A stretch of DNA of 64,000 nt from Eledone cirrhosa (lineage: Eukaryota): positions 21,266,001 to 21,330,000 of the forward strand of contig OZ024747.1 in the NCBI GenBank assembly GCA_964016885.1. The letters are read 5' to 3'. Positions 23,501 through 37,038 of this stretch are shown here, one piece after another. Numbering within the stretch: the first letter of the stretch is position 1; each line of letters starts with the position of its first letter. The notes below the pieces were generated by a model, which searched no databases, had not been told where the DNA came from, and saw only the letters and a program-made list of their open reading frames with translations. The translations under genes were made by a program, and so were the position numbers.

Positions 23501-25817
23501 TTATAATAATAATTAAAGTATCAAGATAATTCCAATTGTCATCAGAGATTTGGGCTTGATACCACCAAAAATGAGATGGTATCTTTAGCAAACCGACCTT
23601 GAATAACAGTATGTTATAAAAGTCTCTCCTGTAGAGTACTATTCATGCACCCAGAAAAGTACTGTCTATCCATGGTTCTTTTTGTGACCTGATAAGCAGT
23701 AGAAAATCCAGTGACAATCATATTTACTGCACAAGTTCATCATCATCATCATCTTCGTTTAACGTCCATCTTCCACGCTAGCTATAATTATTTCTACTTT
23801 AGGCACAAGGCCAGCAAATATCTTCTTTTTTTTTTGCATTTCATTTTGTTGACCCTGGAAGTCAAATTGACTTTTGATATTTTCTGTTGAATCGTTGCAG
23901 GATTTTAAGATTTGGGTTCAGTTTTAAGTTCTGAGTTCAAAATATCTAAAGTCTTGTCTGTTAATTCAAATGTTTATAGCATCTTTACTAGTGGACAGAT
24001 CACTGAGAAAATTTGCAGTAAATACTTCAATGTTTATATATGATTCAACCGTAGTACAACTATGTAATTTTTAATGCAGTTTCATTCAGTACAGGATGTT
24101 ATGAGTTAAAGAACCAGAACAAATACTACAAGGTATTTTGTCCAACACTCTAGGGGTTCTACTAATCCACCATCCTAATTCGTATGCTCCATTTTCGGAC
24201 TTGGTTTCTATGCCTGGATGCCCTTCCTAATGCCAACCATTTTACAGCATGTATTGGGAATATTTCATTATGACTAGCACAACCACCTTACAGAGTGAAC
24301 TGGGTGTCTTTTGTCATGGCACCAGCACTACTGCCTTTTAGGGTAAACTGAGTGTCTTTCATTGACACCAACTGTACCAACTTATAGTATCATAATTTAC
24401 TTAAGAAGATAGGTTGTGTGATTTTAAGAAGATTTGGCTGCTGCATTTAGCAAGCAAAATACCCATGCAGAGACTCTTTTTTCACTTGAAAGCTAGGTAT
24501 TATTCCCTTCTCACATGGAACACACATTACAAAGGTGACTCTATCATAAATAGTACAAAGGCAAAAAAAAAAAGCAACAGCCTAAATATAAGAACCAATG
24601 TTTAACTAAATTGATTAGTTTTATTGTTTGTTTGTTTTTTACTCTTGCTTTACCATTTTTGTCTTTTAAAATCTTTAAGCTTCTTTTATTGGATTATTCA
24701 ATTTCATTTTCACAATTACGATGTGATGAGCTGTCAAAAAGATCTGACATATAAGGCCTTGTCTGTGACTAGGTCTTCTCAAACAATATTGTTATATACA
24801 TGTTTAGCATTATCTCTGTTTCTGAAGAGATGATGTAAACAAAATAAAAGTAAAAGAGAGCAAAAAAAAAAAAAAAAAAAATGATTGGTGGCGGGAGGGG
24901 GTAGTGAAAGGGAGAGAGAAAATGTGAAAGTGAGAGAGAAAATGAAAGAACAAACAAAGGAGTGAGAGAAAAAAATATGGTTTTTCACAAACTAGTGATA
25001 AACAAAAGCCAATAACCAATCAATGATAAAGTGGTGTGAGTGTGTGTGTGTGTATGTGTGTGAGTGTGTATGTGTGTGTGAGAGTGTGTGAGAGTGTGTG
25101 TGCATAAGCATTTTGAATGACAATGATGTTAACATGTTTGGTGGTAAATGTATTGAAAGTGATATGAGGACTTAAAAAATAATAAAAATTAAAAGGTGTG
25201 GAAATGGCACAATGAAATATTGCTGAATATATCAAGTATGGCTTGCCCAGAGGAGATTAGAGATTTGCTGTGAATCTTTACAGGTATTCTGTAAGGTATT
25301 AAGAAATATGAGGTCAGAAAAAGCTGCCAGATTTCTAAGTGAAAAATGTTAGAAGAATCAAATAGGGTTGATCAGTTGAGCCCTGATAAAGCACACTTAT
25401 GATCAAAGGAATTCCAGCTATGGCCATCTCCTTTCTGTCTGTATATCCAGGACTACATTGTTCAATGTGTCTTTTTTTTTAAGTAGTGGTTTGAGGGAGA
25501 TTTGGCAGCTATTTCTAACATAGTGGGCAACTTTGTAGAGGCTCCTTTGTGTCAAACCAATATTGTTCTATATTCTCCTCTCTAGCAATATTTCCTACTT
25601 CTTCATAACAATAAATTCCATATCACCCTTTTCTAAATAATTTGACAATTCTAGGCAATGTATTTTATTACAAATATGGTAATCGAAGTGTTAACCACAC
25701 AACCATCCATTAACAGCTAATGGGTAATAAACAGAGGGAGGTTGTATATGGGAAACGAATACCACAAAGCATTCTATCCAACTTCTAATGACTCTGCCAA
25801 TTAACTGCTATACTCCT

Positions 25818-26745
25818 TCATCATCATCATCATCATCATCATCATTTAACGTCCATATTCCACGCTTGCATGGGTTTGGACGGGAGTTTTCCCACTTGAG
25901 GCAAGAGTGGTTGTCTTGCTCACATAGGACTGTCTGGCAGGTTTTCTACGGCTGGATGCCCTTCCTAACACCAACCACATTTACAGTGTGGGACTGGGAG
26001 ATTTTTACCGTGTTACCTACACGGCCACATTACAGCGTGGACTGTGTGTTTTTTTGTCATGACACCTACACGACCTCATTTGTTTCGGCCTGGATGTTGT
26101 GGTACCAACATAACTTTACATTGAAAGGGGCGGTGTGGATGGGGTGGGGGTAGTGGGACGGGGGTGTATTTTGTTAGAGGTGCCTACTGACTGTAGTAGG
26201 TTTTACTTTGTATTTAGGTAAGGCGGGTCTTCTCTATTACTGTGTACTGCCAAAGATCTCGGTCCAGTGACATTGTCTTGGAGAGGTGTAAGTGTGTGAG
26301 GTCGGAATTTATCAAGTCGTCCCAGGTTTTTCTGGGTCTGCCTACTCCGTGGCTACCGTCCATTTTTATTGCCCTGCACTTTTTTATACAGCTGTCGTCT
26401 TTCATGCGCATCACGTGACCATACCAACGTAGCCTTCTCTCAAGTAAACAACATCTGATCCCTCTTATTTCTAATTTTTCCCTTAGTTCGTTAATGCTTT
26501 GCCGTTCACGTATATTACTATTACACATCCAGCGGAGCATGCAAGCTTCGTTCCTCTCTAGTCTGCATATATCCTCTGCACACAATGCCCAGGTCTCACT
26601 CCCATGCAACATTGCTGTTCGTATGCAGGCATCATACAGCCTGCCTTTTATTTTAAGGGAGAACCCTTTAGCGGCTAATAGTGGTATAAGCTCTCTGAAC
26701 TTTTTCCATCCAGTTCTGATTCTAGCTACTGTACTTTCACTCCTT
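25818..26745 (-). mobile_element. RTE-clade LINE 3' end: ORF C-terminus (26214-26745), 3' UTR and (ATG)n tail
   Basis: RIRTGWKKFREL..LYDACIRTAMLHGSETW..RRLRWYGHVMRM..GRPRKTW. Confidence 0.9.
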
Positions 26746-27014
26746 GTGTAGCCAATTCCAAATGGAAAAAAGGTATAAAACAAATTCCTAATGAAATAAG
26801 AAAATCTAAAGACATGTAGTGAGAATGTCAAAGGAATGAACAACTGGACAGATTTTACAGGGCAAAGCCAACTGCCAGAAGATCAAGGGGTAAGCTAGGA
26901 GCAAGATGGTTGGGTCATTTGGAGACAGTTGCTTCTGATAAAAATCTCTGGCACTCTGATCCAACAACCCTTTCTAAAAGTAGTAGTAGTAGTAGTAGTA
27001 GTAGTAGCAGTAGT

Positions 27015-27077
<63 letters not shown>

Positions 27078-27643
27078 TTATTTTTAGAATCAGGTATTTG
27101 ATAAAATTGAGTTAATTGTTGGCAACTGATATTCTAAAAGTAAGATTTAAATTCAAAACTCCAAATATACTGAAAGAGCTCATTAAGAACCAGCTGGAAT
27201 TTACAAGCTTTTTATCTCAGCTATAAAAACCTTTAAAGAATATATGTTAGTATGAAAGTGGGGAAATAGAGAAAATAAAGGGGTAGATTTTATTTGAATG
27301 ATTCATTCAAAGGTGAGGTCTGCATCAGAAACTTTATACCTAGTCAAATCCCTTAACACAGTGAAAAAACTATTCTAGATTAGTCGAAATGAAATCTCTA
27401 GAATTCATGTAACTCTAATGTTTAATGCTACACTGATAAGTGATCCTACTCATACATGTACCTAGCATACATTCCCACATCATCCTTCAATCTCTCTCTT
27501 TAGTTCTCTCCTTTTCTAGCTCTTTTTTTTTCTAGCATCCACTCTCTATCTAGTTCTCTGTCTCTTTTCTTCCTCTCTCACCTGCTAATTCACTCACTTT
27601 AGCTCCCTCTATAGCTTCCTAGCTCTCCTTCTCTGTCTGTCTT

Positions 27644-27691
<48 letters not shown>

Positions 27692-27837
27692 TCCCTCTCT
27701 CTCTCTCTTTCTCTTTCTCTCTCTCTCTCTCTCTTTCTCTTTCTCTCTCTCTTTCTCTCTCTCCAGCTCTCTCTCCACCTCTCTCTATCCCTAGCTTTCT
27801 TTCTCTCTCTAGCTAGCTTTTTCTCTTTCTCTAGCTT

Positions 27838-27904
<67 letters not shown>

Positions 27905-28094
27905 GTTCTCTCTCTCCCTCCTCTTGTTCTATCTCTCTCTCTCACTGTAACTTTTTTGATGAAGATTTATACACATATAAATATGTTATCAACCATACCT
28001 TCAATTATATATACCCCAAAACCAAAGCTTGTCTAAGCATATGCTTATAAACTTTGCACATGTTTATCACACATACATACATAGACACACACAC

Positions 28095-28137
<43 letters not shown>

Positions 28138-28766
28138 ATAGAGAAAGACAGAATCAGAGACATACGCTCATGCACAGACACTATATACATATCCATAAAT
28201 ATTCAAAAACAGGTAAATTAAATTGACACACACACAATATATACATACATAGATATTTAAATACACATGCATATAACCTTCACACGTATATATGCACACA
28301 CTGTTCATTTGTTGTCACACAGATTTATGTGTATACTAATGTGTATATTGTACAATATTATACAAAGTCCAAACACAGTACAAAATATATGTACATGCAC
28401 ATATATATCACACATACATACATAGATACAAAATATAGGTATTGTACAAATAAGATTAAAATTCTTTAATGGTTTCTAATTCAGGCACAAGGCCAGCAGT
28501 TTAAGTGTGGGGGGAGAGGGGGGGGGGGGGGGCAATTAAATCTCCCCCAATATTTGACTAGTACTTAATTTTATCAACCTCCAAGGAGGAAAAACAAAGT
28601 CAACCTCAGCAGGATTTGAACTCAGTATGTAAAAACAAGTACCAAATACTGCAAAGCTTTTTCTTTGATGTTCTACGAATTCTGCCAATCCCCTGTACAC
28701 ATGTGTATATTATACAATATTTATAAATCCAGGCACAGTACAAAATATATGTACTGTGCAAATTTA

Positions 28767-28958
28767 ATAATTGTTTCTACTTTAGGCACAAGGTCAGCAA
28801 TTACCCAGTGCATTACTGGTACTTTATTTTATCGACCCCGTAAGGATGAAAGGCAAAGTCAACCTCGGTGGGATTTGAACTCAGACCATAAAGGGCCGTA
28901 ACTCTTTGCTGCAAAGCACGGCGTCCGACCCTCTATTGATACTGCCAATCCACCGCCC
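28767..28958 (-). mobile_element. SINE family A, full length (left member of inverted pair)
   Basis: Reverse complement of 28994-29185 with few mismatches. Confidence 0.9.
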
Positions 28959-28993
28959 TATTCTATTATATAATATTATTAAATTTGTACATA

Positions 28994-29185
28994 AGGCGGT
29001 GGATTGGCAGTATCGGTAGAGGGTCGGACGCCATGCTTTGCAGCAAAGAGTTACGGCCCTTTATGGTCTGAGTTCAAATCCCGCCGAGGTTGACTTTGCC
29101 TTTCATCCTTACGGGGTCGATAAAATAAAGTACCAGTAATGCACTGGGTAATTGCTGGCCTTGTGCCTAAAGTAGAAACAATTAT
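28994..29185 (+). mobile_element. SINE family A, full length (right member of inverted pair)
   Basis: A box TGGCAGTATCGG, B box GAGTTCAAATCC, core GCCTTTCATCCTTACGGGGTCGATAAAAT, tail AAACAATTAT. Confidence 0.9.
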
Positions 29186-29335
29186 ATAATAGAATGTCTT
29201 CTCAAGATGGCTGCCTAACAATAACATACACTTTCTCTCCAATCTTCATTTCCCATTTTCTTTCATTTCTTGTTTTTGTCTATCTTTCTTTTTCGTTTTA
29301 TCTCTCCCAGATATCCTCTCTTCTCTTCTCTCTTT

Positions 29336-29426
<91 letters not shown>

Positions 29427-29773
29427 ATTCTATCTTCTGATGAGGGACTAGAATCTGAAATAGTAAGACTCTTTCCCAAATATATCAAGTGTTAAACTAA
29501 TATACCATCATTGTATTGTATTGTTTTCTTGTGTTGTTTTTCATGGTTGGCTTTCCTTATTTGCTTATATATAATAAAATGTCCATGTTTATGTGTGGAA
29601 TAGAGAAGGATAATAATGTTATCTGAGAGTTACATATAAATATATATATATATATAAATATATATATGTATGTATATGTATATATATACACACGCACACA
29701 TATAGATGATGATGATATACATATATATATATATATATATCATCATCATCATCTATATGCGTGTGTGTATATG

Positions 29774-29869
<96 letters not shown>

Positions 29870-29891
29870 ACGAGAAAGAGAGTGAGGTGTG

Positions 29892-29924
<33 letters not shown>

Positions 29925-30256
29925 TAATAAATGAAAACAAACAAACACATATGCAGAGATCAAACAGAGAGTATTTCTCACGTCAGAACAAATAAGAAAG
30001 AATCCATAGATGAGAAAAATCATAGAGAAAGACAACGGTTATGTGGAGGTATGTGGAAGGAGGGCAAAGGGGCAGAAGCAGTTATATCTTCAGAACTAAA
30101 TATACCACTCATAATTCATTCCTTTGATTTAATCCTTCAAAATTATGTCTGAATGGTCTGTGATTATGCACTAAATTTCATTACTCGAAACAGTTTGCCT
30201 ATGTATATGTACACACACATTCAAATATATACATGCATAATGTACATACACATATG

Positions 30257-30349
<93 letters not shown>

Positions 30350-30433
30350 ATATATATATACACACATGCACACACAACACACTCTGCACATAAACAATAA
30401 CATTAATATTTGTCACCAGATACCCTTCACACA

Positions 30434-30514
<81 letters not shown>

Positions 30515-30608
30515 GGTGATTGAACCCTGAGCTGATCGATATCAAAAGAATTATAATATGCAAATATAGTTTGTACATATGCTGCAACACTGACTTCGAC
30601 TCTTTTAA

Positions 30609-30639
<31 letters not shown>

Positions 30640-30974
30640 CATATATCATCATCATCATCATCATTATCATCAACATCATCACCATTTAATGTCCATTTTG
30701 TGTTGTCCTGTTGTAAGACAAGTCAGATCAGATGACTGTGTCTTGCTCATACAGAACCATTTCTGACTTGGCTTCTACAACTGGATTCCCTTCCTAATGC
30801 CAGCCATATTTATTATGACTATGTTGTGAATTTTGTTACTCTGGAGTTTCATCTGTATACCCACATGATCATCAGACCTAAAGAATACCCACAACTCACA
30901 TAAAGATACACATGTATATACACACACACAGACACAAACCTATCGATTATATATATTTTATATTCTTATATATA

Positions 30975-32788
30975 TTAGCAGAGGTACTCGGTGTTGACCT
31001 GATATTGGATCAAAGTAACACTGTGCAGTAATGTGGAATTTCAGCATGCATTACATAATTTATGACTGTTGAAGAAGGGCCTATATGTATTGTCATTGAG
31101 ATACAATAAATATTTTTGATTTTTCCTTGTGATGTTATGATGAAGAGAATATCATGTTTCCCAACTCTTAAAATACACACATTAAGTTGACCATGTGGAA
31201 AGACAAGGCCCATTATATTTATTCTAACAAATTTCATTGATTGCCCTTCAGATATATTTATGGTCATAGTGAAGCTGAGCGTGATATGAAATTAAAATGG
31301 CAAACCAGTCAGCTTAAGTAGTATTCAGGGAATGAAATAGTTATCACCAGAAAATTTTCCTGACAAAATTGTAACCTCCAGGATATGACAGATTATATTT
31401 TTGATAGTAAGTCTTAGGTCGTTGCAAAGTTTTGCAGAAACAGTTATAAATTAGCATACCAATGCTTCAAGCTTAAGTGTCAGATTGTCTTGAGGGCTTC
31501 CTTCTGGCATGGTGTTGTTCAGAAATTTTGTTGAATAATTTACATGGTTCCACAAACTGACTGTGTAGCAGCTTTCCTTTCTAAGTGACATATCCAGTAA
31601 ATTTCCATTTATACTTTCACATTTTTAGATACTAAGATTTCTCATTCATAGAACCATCTGGATTCACACTGTCAGATGTGGATGTTAAGAAAGACTTTGG
31701 CAATCAGTTCATGTTTTGTTTCAAATATTATTGTTGAATGACAATGCTATCAGAAGCATCAATGAAGAAGAGTCCTCCTTTATCATTTTCAATGCTTTTT
31801 ATGATACTGCAATAGCATGTTTCTAGTCCTCAACCAATTGAGTTTCATTTTTATTCACAATCTAGCATAAGACTTTAATATAATAGCTTGGCTCCAGAAA
31901 AATATTGTGTACTATTTCAATTTTTACATCTTGTGACACATATCAATTAGACAATGTGCTATTTAGTGCCTGAACTTGGTGGGACAAGCTGAAGAGAGCC
32001 CGTCTCCAAAGAGAGGCACTGAATGGCTCTGCCTCCTACCACCATCCATTTAATGGTGCACCCTCAGATTTAAAAAGTAGTGTTTATAAAAAAGCATTCT
32101 GAAACATGTTCCTTGAATTAGAGTGCCTACCCTAAAGTGGTGAGAGCTGACCTCAAATTGCTGAAGCTCACAGAGGAGATAACAAAAGAACACAATGAGT
32201 GGGGGGATGCTTTGCTGGGAAAGACATGTCCAACCCTTGCAAGCATGGAAAATGGATGTAAAATGATGATGATGATGATGATGATGATGAAGACAGTAGA
32301 AGTGGATGAAAGTGACACATTTGAAATTTAGACAAGGAATAATTGTAAATATATACATCTAATTTGGCTTTCCTTCATTTACTAAAACAAATAAGTTAAA
32401 ACTTCAAAATACATAAATCATAACCTCTCACAAAGGTTTGTTTTTAGCAACTTTTATTCCAAAATAGTCTTTGGAATTCAATGCTTTGAACATCAGAGAT
32501 TCCGTTTGTGCTAAAAAAATTGTCTTCTCTGCCCTCCCCTTCACTGATAACATATATGCTTTGATGTTTCTGTTTCTATCTATCGGCTATATGAAGCAGT
32601 TAAAAAATTACTATGACACAACTTACCTCAAACTTAAACCATTTTACAACTAACAAACAACAGATTTTGACTGAAAAATTGCTGTCACAGATAGCAATTG
32701 TTATTTCAACTCATAAAACTGCCATAGGAGAAAGTGATAAAACTGTAAACAAATGGATTGCCATTCACCATCATTCCCCACCCCTCTT

Positions 32789-32830
<42 letters not shown>

Positions 32831-33210
32831 ATACATCTTTATCTCTCTATCACTCTTATTAGTTACATAAATACTTCACCTTCTGTTCTCTGTCTCTCTC
32901 TATATATATATATTTATATATGTCTCACCCTTCAATTATCTCTTGTCCCTATCTTTGTATATTTCACTTCCATTTTCTCATATATTCTATCTGTGTGTCT
33001 ATTTTCTCTCTCTCATTCAATTATTTTAACATAAATTTGTAAATACAAAAAATTGAATTTAGAAACATTGTTGCTTTATATTTCAAAATAAATGTTTTAA
33101 AACCTTAGTGCAATGACAAATTATATTGTATACAATTTTGTTGGTGTGTTTTATAGTTTCTGAATACAATGCAGGCATACACACAGACAACTCATGATTA
33201 TATATACAGA
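30975..33210 (-). mobile_element. Decayed, internally deleted Helitron (Pif1-type helicase C-terminus at ~31100-31700)
   Basis: MTINISEGQS..VFPHGQLNV..RVG resembles Helitron MTINKSQGQS..VFSHGQLYVA.SRV; minus-strand 3' end CAGGTCAACACCGAG..CTAA|T; candidate 5' end A|TCTGTATATATAA at 33210 (boundary less certain). Confidence 0.6.
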
Positions 33211-33871
33211 TTACTACATAAAGAAAATGAGCTTGCCCTGTAACCCCTCAACCATTTCATTACCATATTGCTAATGAAATACACTGTATTTGAATTAATG
33301 AAGAATTTACAGGAGTTACTAAAATTATTAATTATTTCATTATTAACATAGTGTTTGTAATGTATCTAGATAAAATGATTTCATATCAAATTTAATTTAA
33401 ATAGGAATCCTATGAAATAGAACCAGAAGTGGTTTGGGGTAGGTTGGTATGAAAAGGATTGATAAATCTTTGAATCTCCAATGAAAGCTAATGGAGTCTT
33501 ATCTATATTTGGGTTGTTTGAGTTTCACAGAAGGACATAGATATATCTGAAAAATTTCATTTGACAAATGTAATTTGATGGATATATATATGGCTTGTAG
33601 GAACTCCATTTTATAAATTACTTTCAATTTCAGAAAGTCAAATGTTGATTCCCAAAATATTACTATCCCCATTAGTTGTTAATTTTAGATTTTAAGCACC
33701 CCAAGAGGAAGCTTTTGTCAACAAATTGCATAGTTGATCTCAATTGATAGATGTTTCTTAGCATACTATATTATATATCGAGCTAATTTATCTGTTAGAC
33801 ACAATTTGGACAGAAACCATTTATTAATGGTGATGTGGTCTGATGAGTTTCGTTCTCTTAGTACCAATATA

Positions 33872-34061
33872 GTGGGTTGATGTTACAGTATCGGTAGAGG
33901 GTTCGACGCCATGCTTTCTAGCATAGTTACGTCCCTTTACGGTCTGAGCTCAAATCCCGCCGAGGTTAACTTTGCCTTTCATCCTTACGGGGTCGATAAA
34001 ATGAAGTACCAGTAATGTACTGAGTAATTGCTGGCCTTGTGCCAAAAGTAGAAACAATTAT
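33872..34061 (+). mobile_element. SINE family A
   Basis: Same head, core and tail as 28994-29185. Confidence 0.85.
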
Positions 34062-34291
34062 CTTTCTTTAAGATGTTTACATTTGGATTTGATTTATTTT
34101 TAGGTTATGAGCTTCAGGATTTGTTAATTAGTCATGAAATATTTGGTGAATGATTTTGCTTGTGGTGAACATTGTTTTATAATGTTAAAAGTTATATTTT
34201 TGTGACTAATTGTATGTGTGGAGGGTCTTGTCTGGTTTAGGTTTGTTGAATGGTTTATTAATTTGTTATTGAGTGGTGTTGTGAGAGAAAA

Positions 34292-34630
34292 ATGGCTTAG
34301 TGGTTAGAGCATTGGCCTTGCAATCGAAAGGTTGTGAGTTCAATTCTCAGACCAGGTGATGTGTTGTTTCCTTGAGCAAGACACTTTATTTCACATTGCT
34401 CCAGTTTACTCAGCTGTAAAAATGAGATGATAGGGACTGGAGTCCCTATCATTCCACTGCAAAGTGGTCGTGGAGGTGCCACGGCAAAAAAGCACCCAGC
34501 ACTCACTGTAAAATGAGGTTGGTGTTAGGAAGGGCATCCAGCTGTAGAAATCAAGCCAGAATCAGTTCCCGTCCCACCCTTGCAAACAGGGAAAAGCGGA
34601 CATAAAAAGGATGATGATGATGATGATGAT
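34292..34630 (+). mobile_element. tRNA-derived CORE-like SINE, family B, (ATG)n tail
   Basis: A box TGGCTTAGTGG, B box GAGTTCAATTC, CORE-like CCTTGAGCAAGACACTT; 3' half shared with RTE 3' UTR. Confidence 0.8.
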
Positions 34631-35475
34631 ATATAATAAAAGTGGTAATGCTGGTGCACCCCAAGTCACAATAAAATGTTCTCAGTACATGCTGTAAAGT
34701 GGTTGGCATTAGGAAGAGTATTCAGCCATAGAAACCAAACCAAAATGGAGCATATGTTCAGAGTATGGTCACCTGACTGATTTGGCCTCAGCATGCAACA
34801 ATCTGTCTAACCCATGCAAGCAAGGGAAATACATGTTAAAGTATGATGATTATCATGATGATGATGATGATGGTGAGACCCCATATTGAGTATTTAGAAC
34901 ACTTCTCCAAGTTACTTTCCTCCAGCCATATTATTTATATGTAAAATCAATTACATTTCTTCTATTTCTAAATATACTCATCATTTCTATATCTTGCCAA
35001 CAATAAAATATGCTATGCTAAGGAGATCTAATGTGATTAAAACATATCTATTGCTTTTACCAGTTTTAAAGAGATTCTCATCTTCTTTATTTTCCAAAAA
35101 TTCCAGTTGGCTGATTTTATTGGAGTTTATAGAATTTAAACACCACAGCGGGAGTTTTTATTTACTAATTTCATGGATAATTACAATTAATTGAACATTT
35201 TCAACTCACTATATGACATATGTGAGACTCTCCTATATAATCATCATATATATATATATATCATCATCATCATATATATATATCATCATCATCATCATCA
35301 TCATCATAATCATCATCATCATCATAATTGTTTAACGTCCATTTTCCATGCTAGCATGGGTTAGACAGGTTGTCCCATTTGAGGCAAGTTGGATTGGCTG
35401 ACCATGTCTTGCTCATACAGAACTGTTTCTGGCTAGGTTTCTACGGCTGGATGCCCTTCCTAATGCCAACCACAT

Positions 35476-35527
<52 letters not shown>

Positions 35528-35829
35528 ATGTGTGTGTGCGTGTGTGTGTGTGACCAATAACACTAACACAGCATGATTCAGAATAAAGACAGATATGGAA
35601 ACATACACACTATATTTATTTATAATAAACATTCATATAATATTCTTATGAGAATTTTAAACTCTTATCATATCATAGCTACCCCTGTAACCATATAAGA
35701 GCACTACATGTATACATGTATTTCAGTGTTTCAGGGTCATTAATCCATCTTCAGCAAACATTACTTATTATGATATTGAGGTACAGAAGCTAATAGCTTC
35801 TTATATATAGATTTTGTAATTAGCAATAA

Positions 35830-36410
35830 CAACAGCATCATCATCACCACCACCAACATCAAAACCAACACCATCACCACCACTATCTCTATTGCCATCC
35901 CCACCATCATCAGCACACCAACTACAACTACCACCACCACCACCATCATCACCACCATCACCACCACCTCCATCACCATCACCACCACCATCACTACAAC
36001 CATAACCATCAACACCATAACCATCACCACCATCACCACCACCACCACCACCATAACCATCAACACCATAACCATCACCACCATCACCATCACCACCACC
36101 ATCACTACAACCATAACCATCAACACCATAACCATCACCACCATCACCACCACCACCACCACCACCATAACCATCAACACCATAACCATCACCACCATCA
36201 CCACCACCACCACCACCACCATAACCATCAACACCATAACCGTCACCACCATCACCACCACCACCATAACCATCAGCACCATAACCGTCACCACCATCAC
36301 CACCACCATTGTCATCATCCCCCATTATCATTACCATCACCACCATCACCAACATCACCATCATCACCTACATTCTCCATCATCATCAGCACCATCACCA
36401 TCACCACCAA
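35830..36410. repeat. (ACC)n/(CAT)n low-complexity tract with higher-order units
   Basis: Repeated CCATAACCATCAACACCATAACCATCACC. Confidence 0.85.
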
Positions 36411-36675
36411 TTGTACCTGCCAGGTGACAGCTCACTTAGCTAGCTGCTGAACATCCTTCCTTTGCACCCCAACACCTTTCTTCTTTCCTTCCTGGGGGAA
36501 GAGAACTAATAGTAGGATAGGTTTGGATTCTGAGAGAGGCATCAAAGTTGGGTGTGTTTGTTATTGTTGTTGTTTAGCCCTAGGTTAGCTATTATTGAGC
36601 TATCTATGATCAAATTGTTCTAGCTGTGACCATCTTTCATTTAAGAGGCATGTAGAACTACATTATATAATGTGA

Positions 36676-37038
36676 CGGACGCCATGCTTTGACGCATAGA
36701 GTTATGGCCCTTGCCATTCTGAGTTCAAATCCCGCCGAGGTTAACTTTGCCGTTCATCCTTACAGGGTCGATAAAATAAAGTACCAGTAATATACTGGAT
36801 AATTGCTGGCCTTGTGCCTAACGTAGAAACAATTATATAATGTGACGGGCAGTGGATTGGCAGTATCGGTAGAGGGTCGGATGCCATGCTTTTCAGCAAA
36901 GAGTTACGGCCCTTGCCATTCTGAGTTCAAGTCCCACCGAGGTTAACTTTGCCTTTTGTCCTTGCGGGGTCGATAAAATAAAGTACCAGTAATACACTGG
37001 GTAATTGCTGGCCTTGTGCCGAAAGTAGAAACAATTAT
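36676..37038 (+). mobile_element. Tandem pair of family-A SINEs (5'-truncated plus full length)
   Basis: ATTATATAATGTGA at 36662, 36832 and 37034 brackets both copies. Confidence 0.9.

Noticed and set aside
29430-29470. CTGATGA...GAAA hammerhead candidate
   Set aside because: Stem I and II pairing too weak to distinguish from chance
33836-33870. CTGATGA motif (also ~1557)
   Set aside because: No correctly placed GAAA and stems
34292-34365. tRNA gene
   Set aside because: Has A and B boxes but no good cloverleaf, and continues into a multi-copy SINE body
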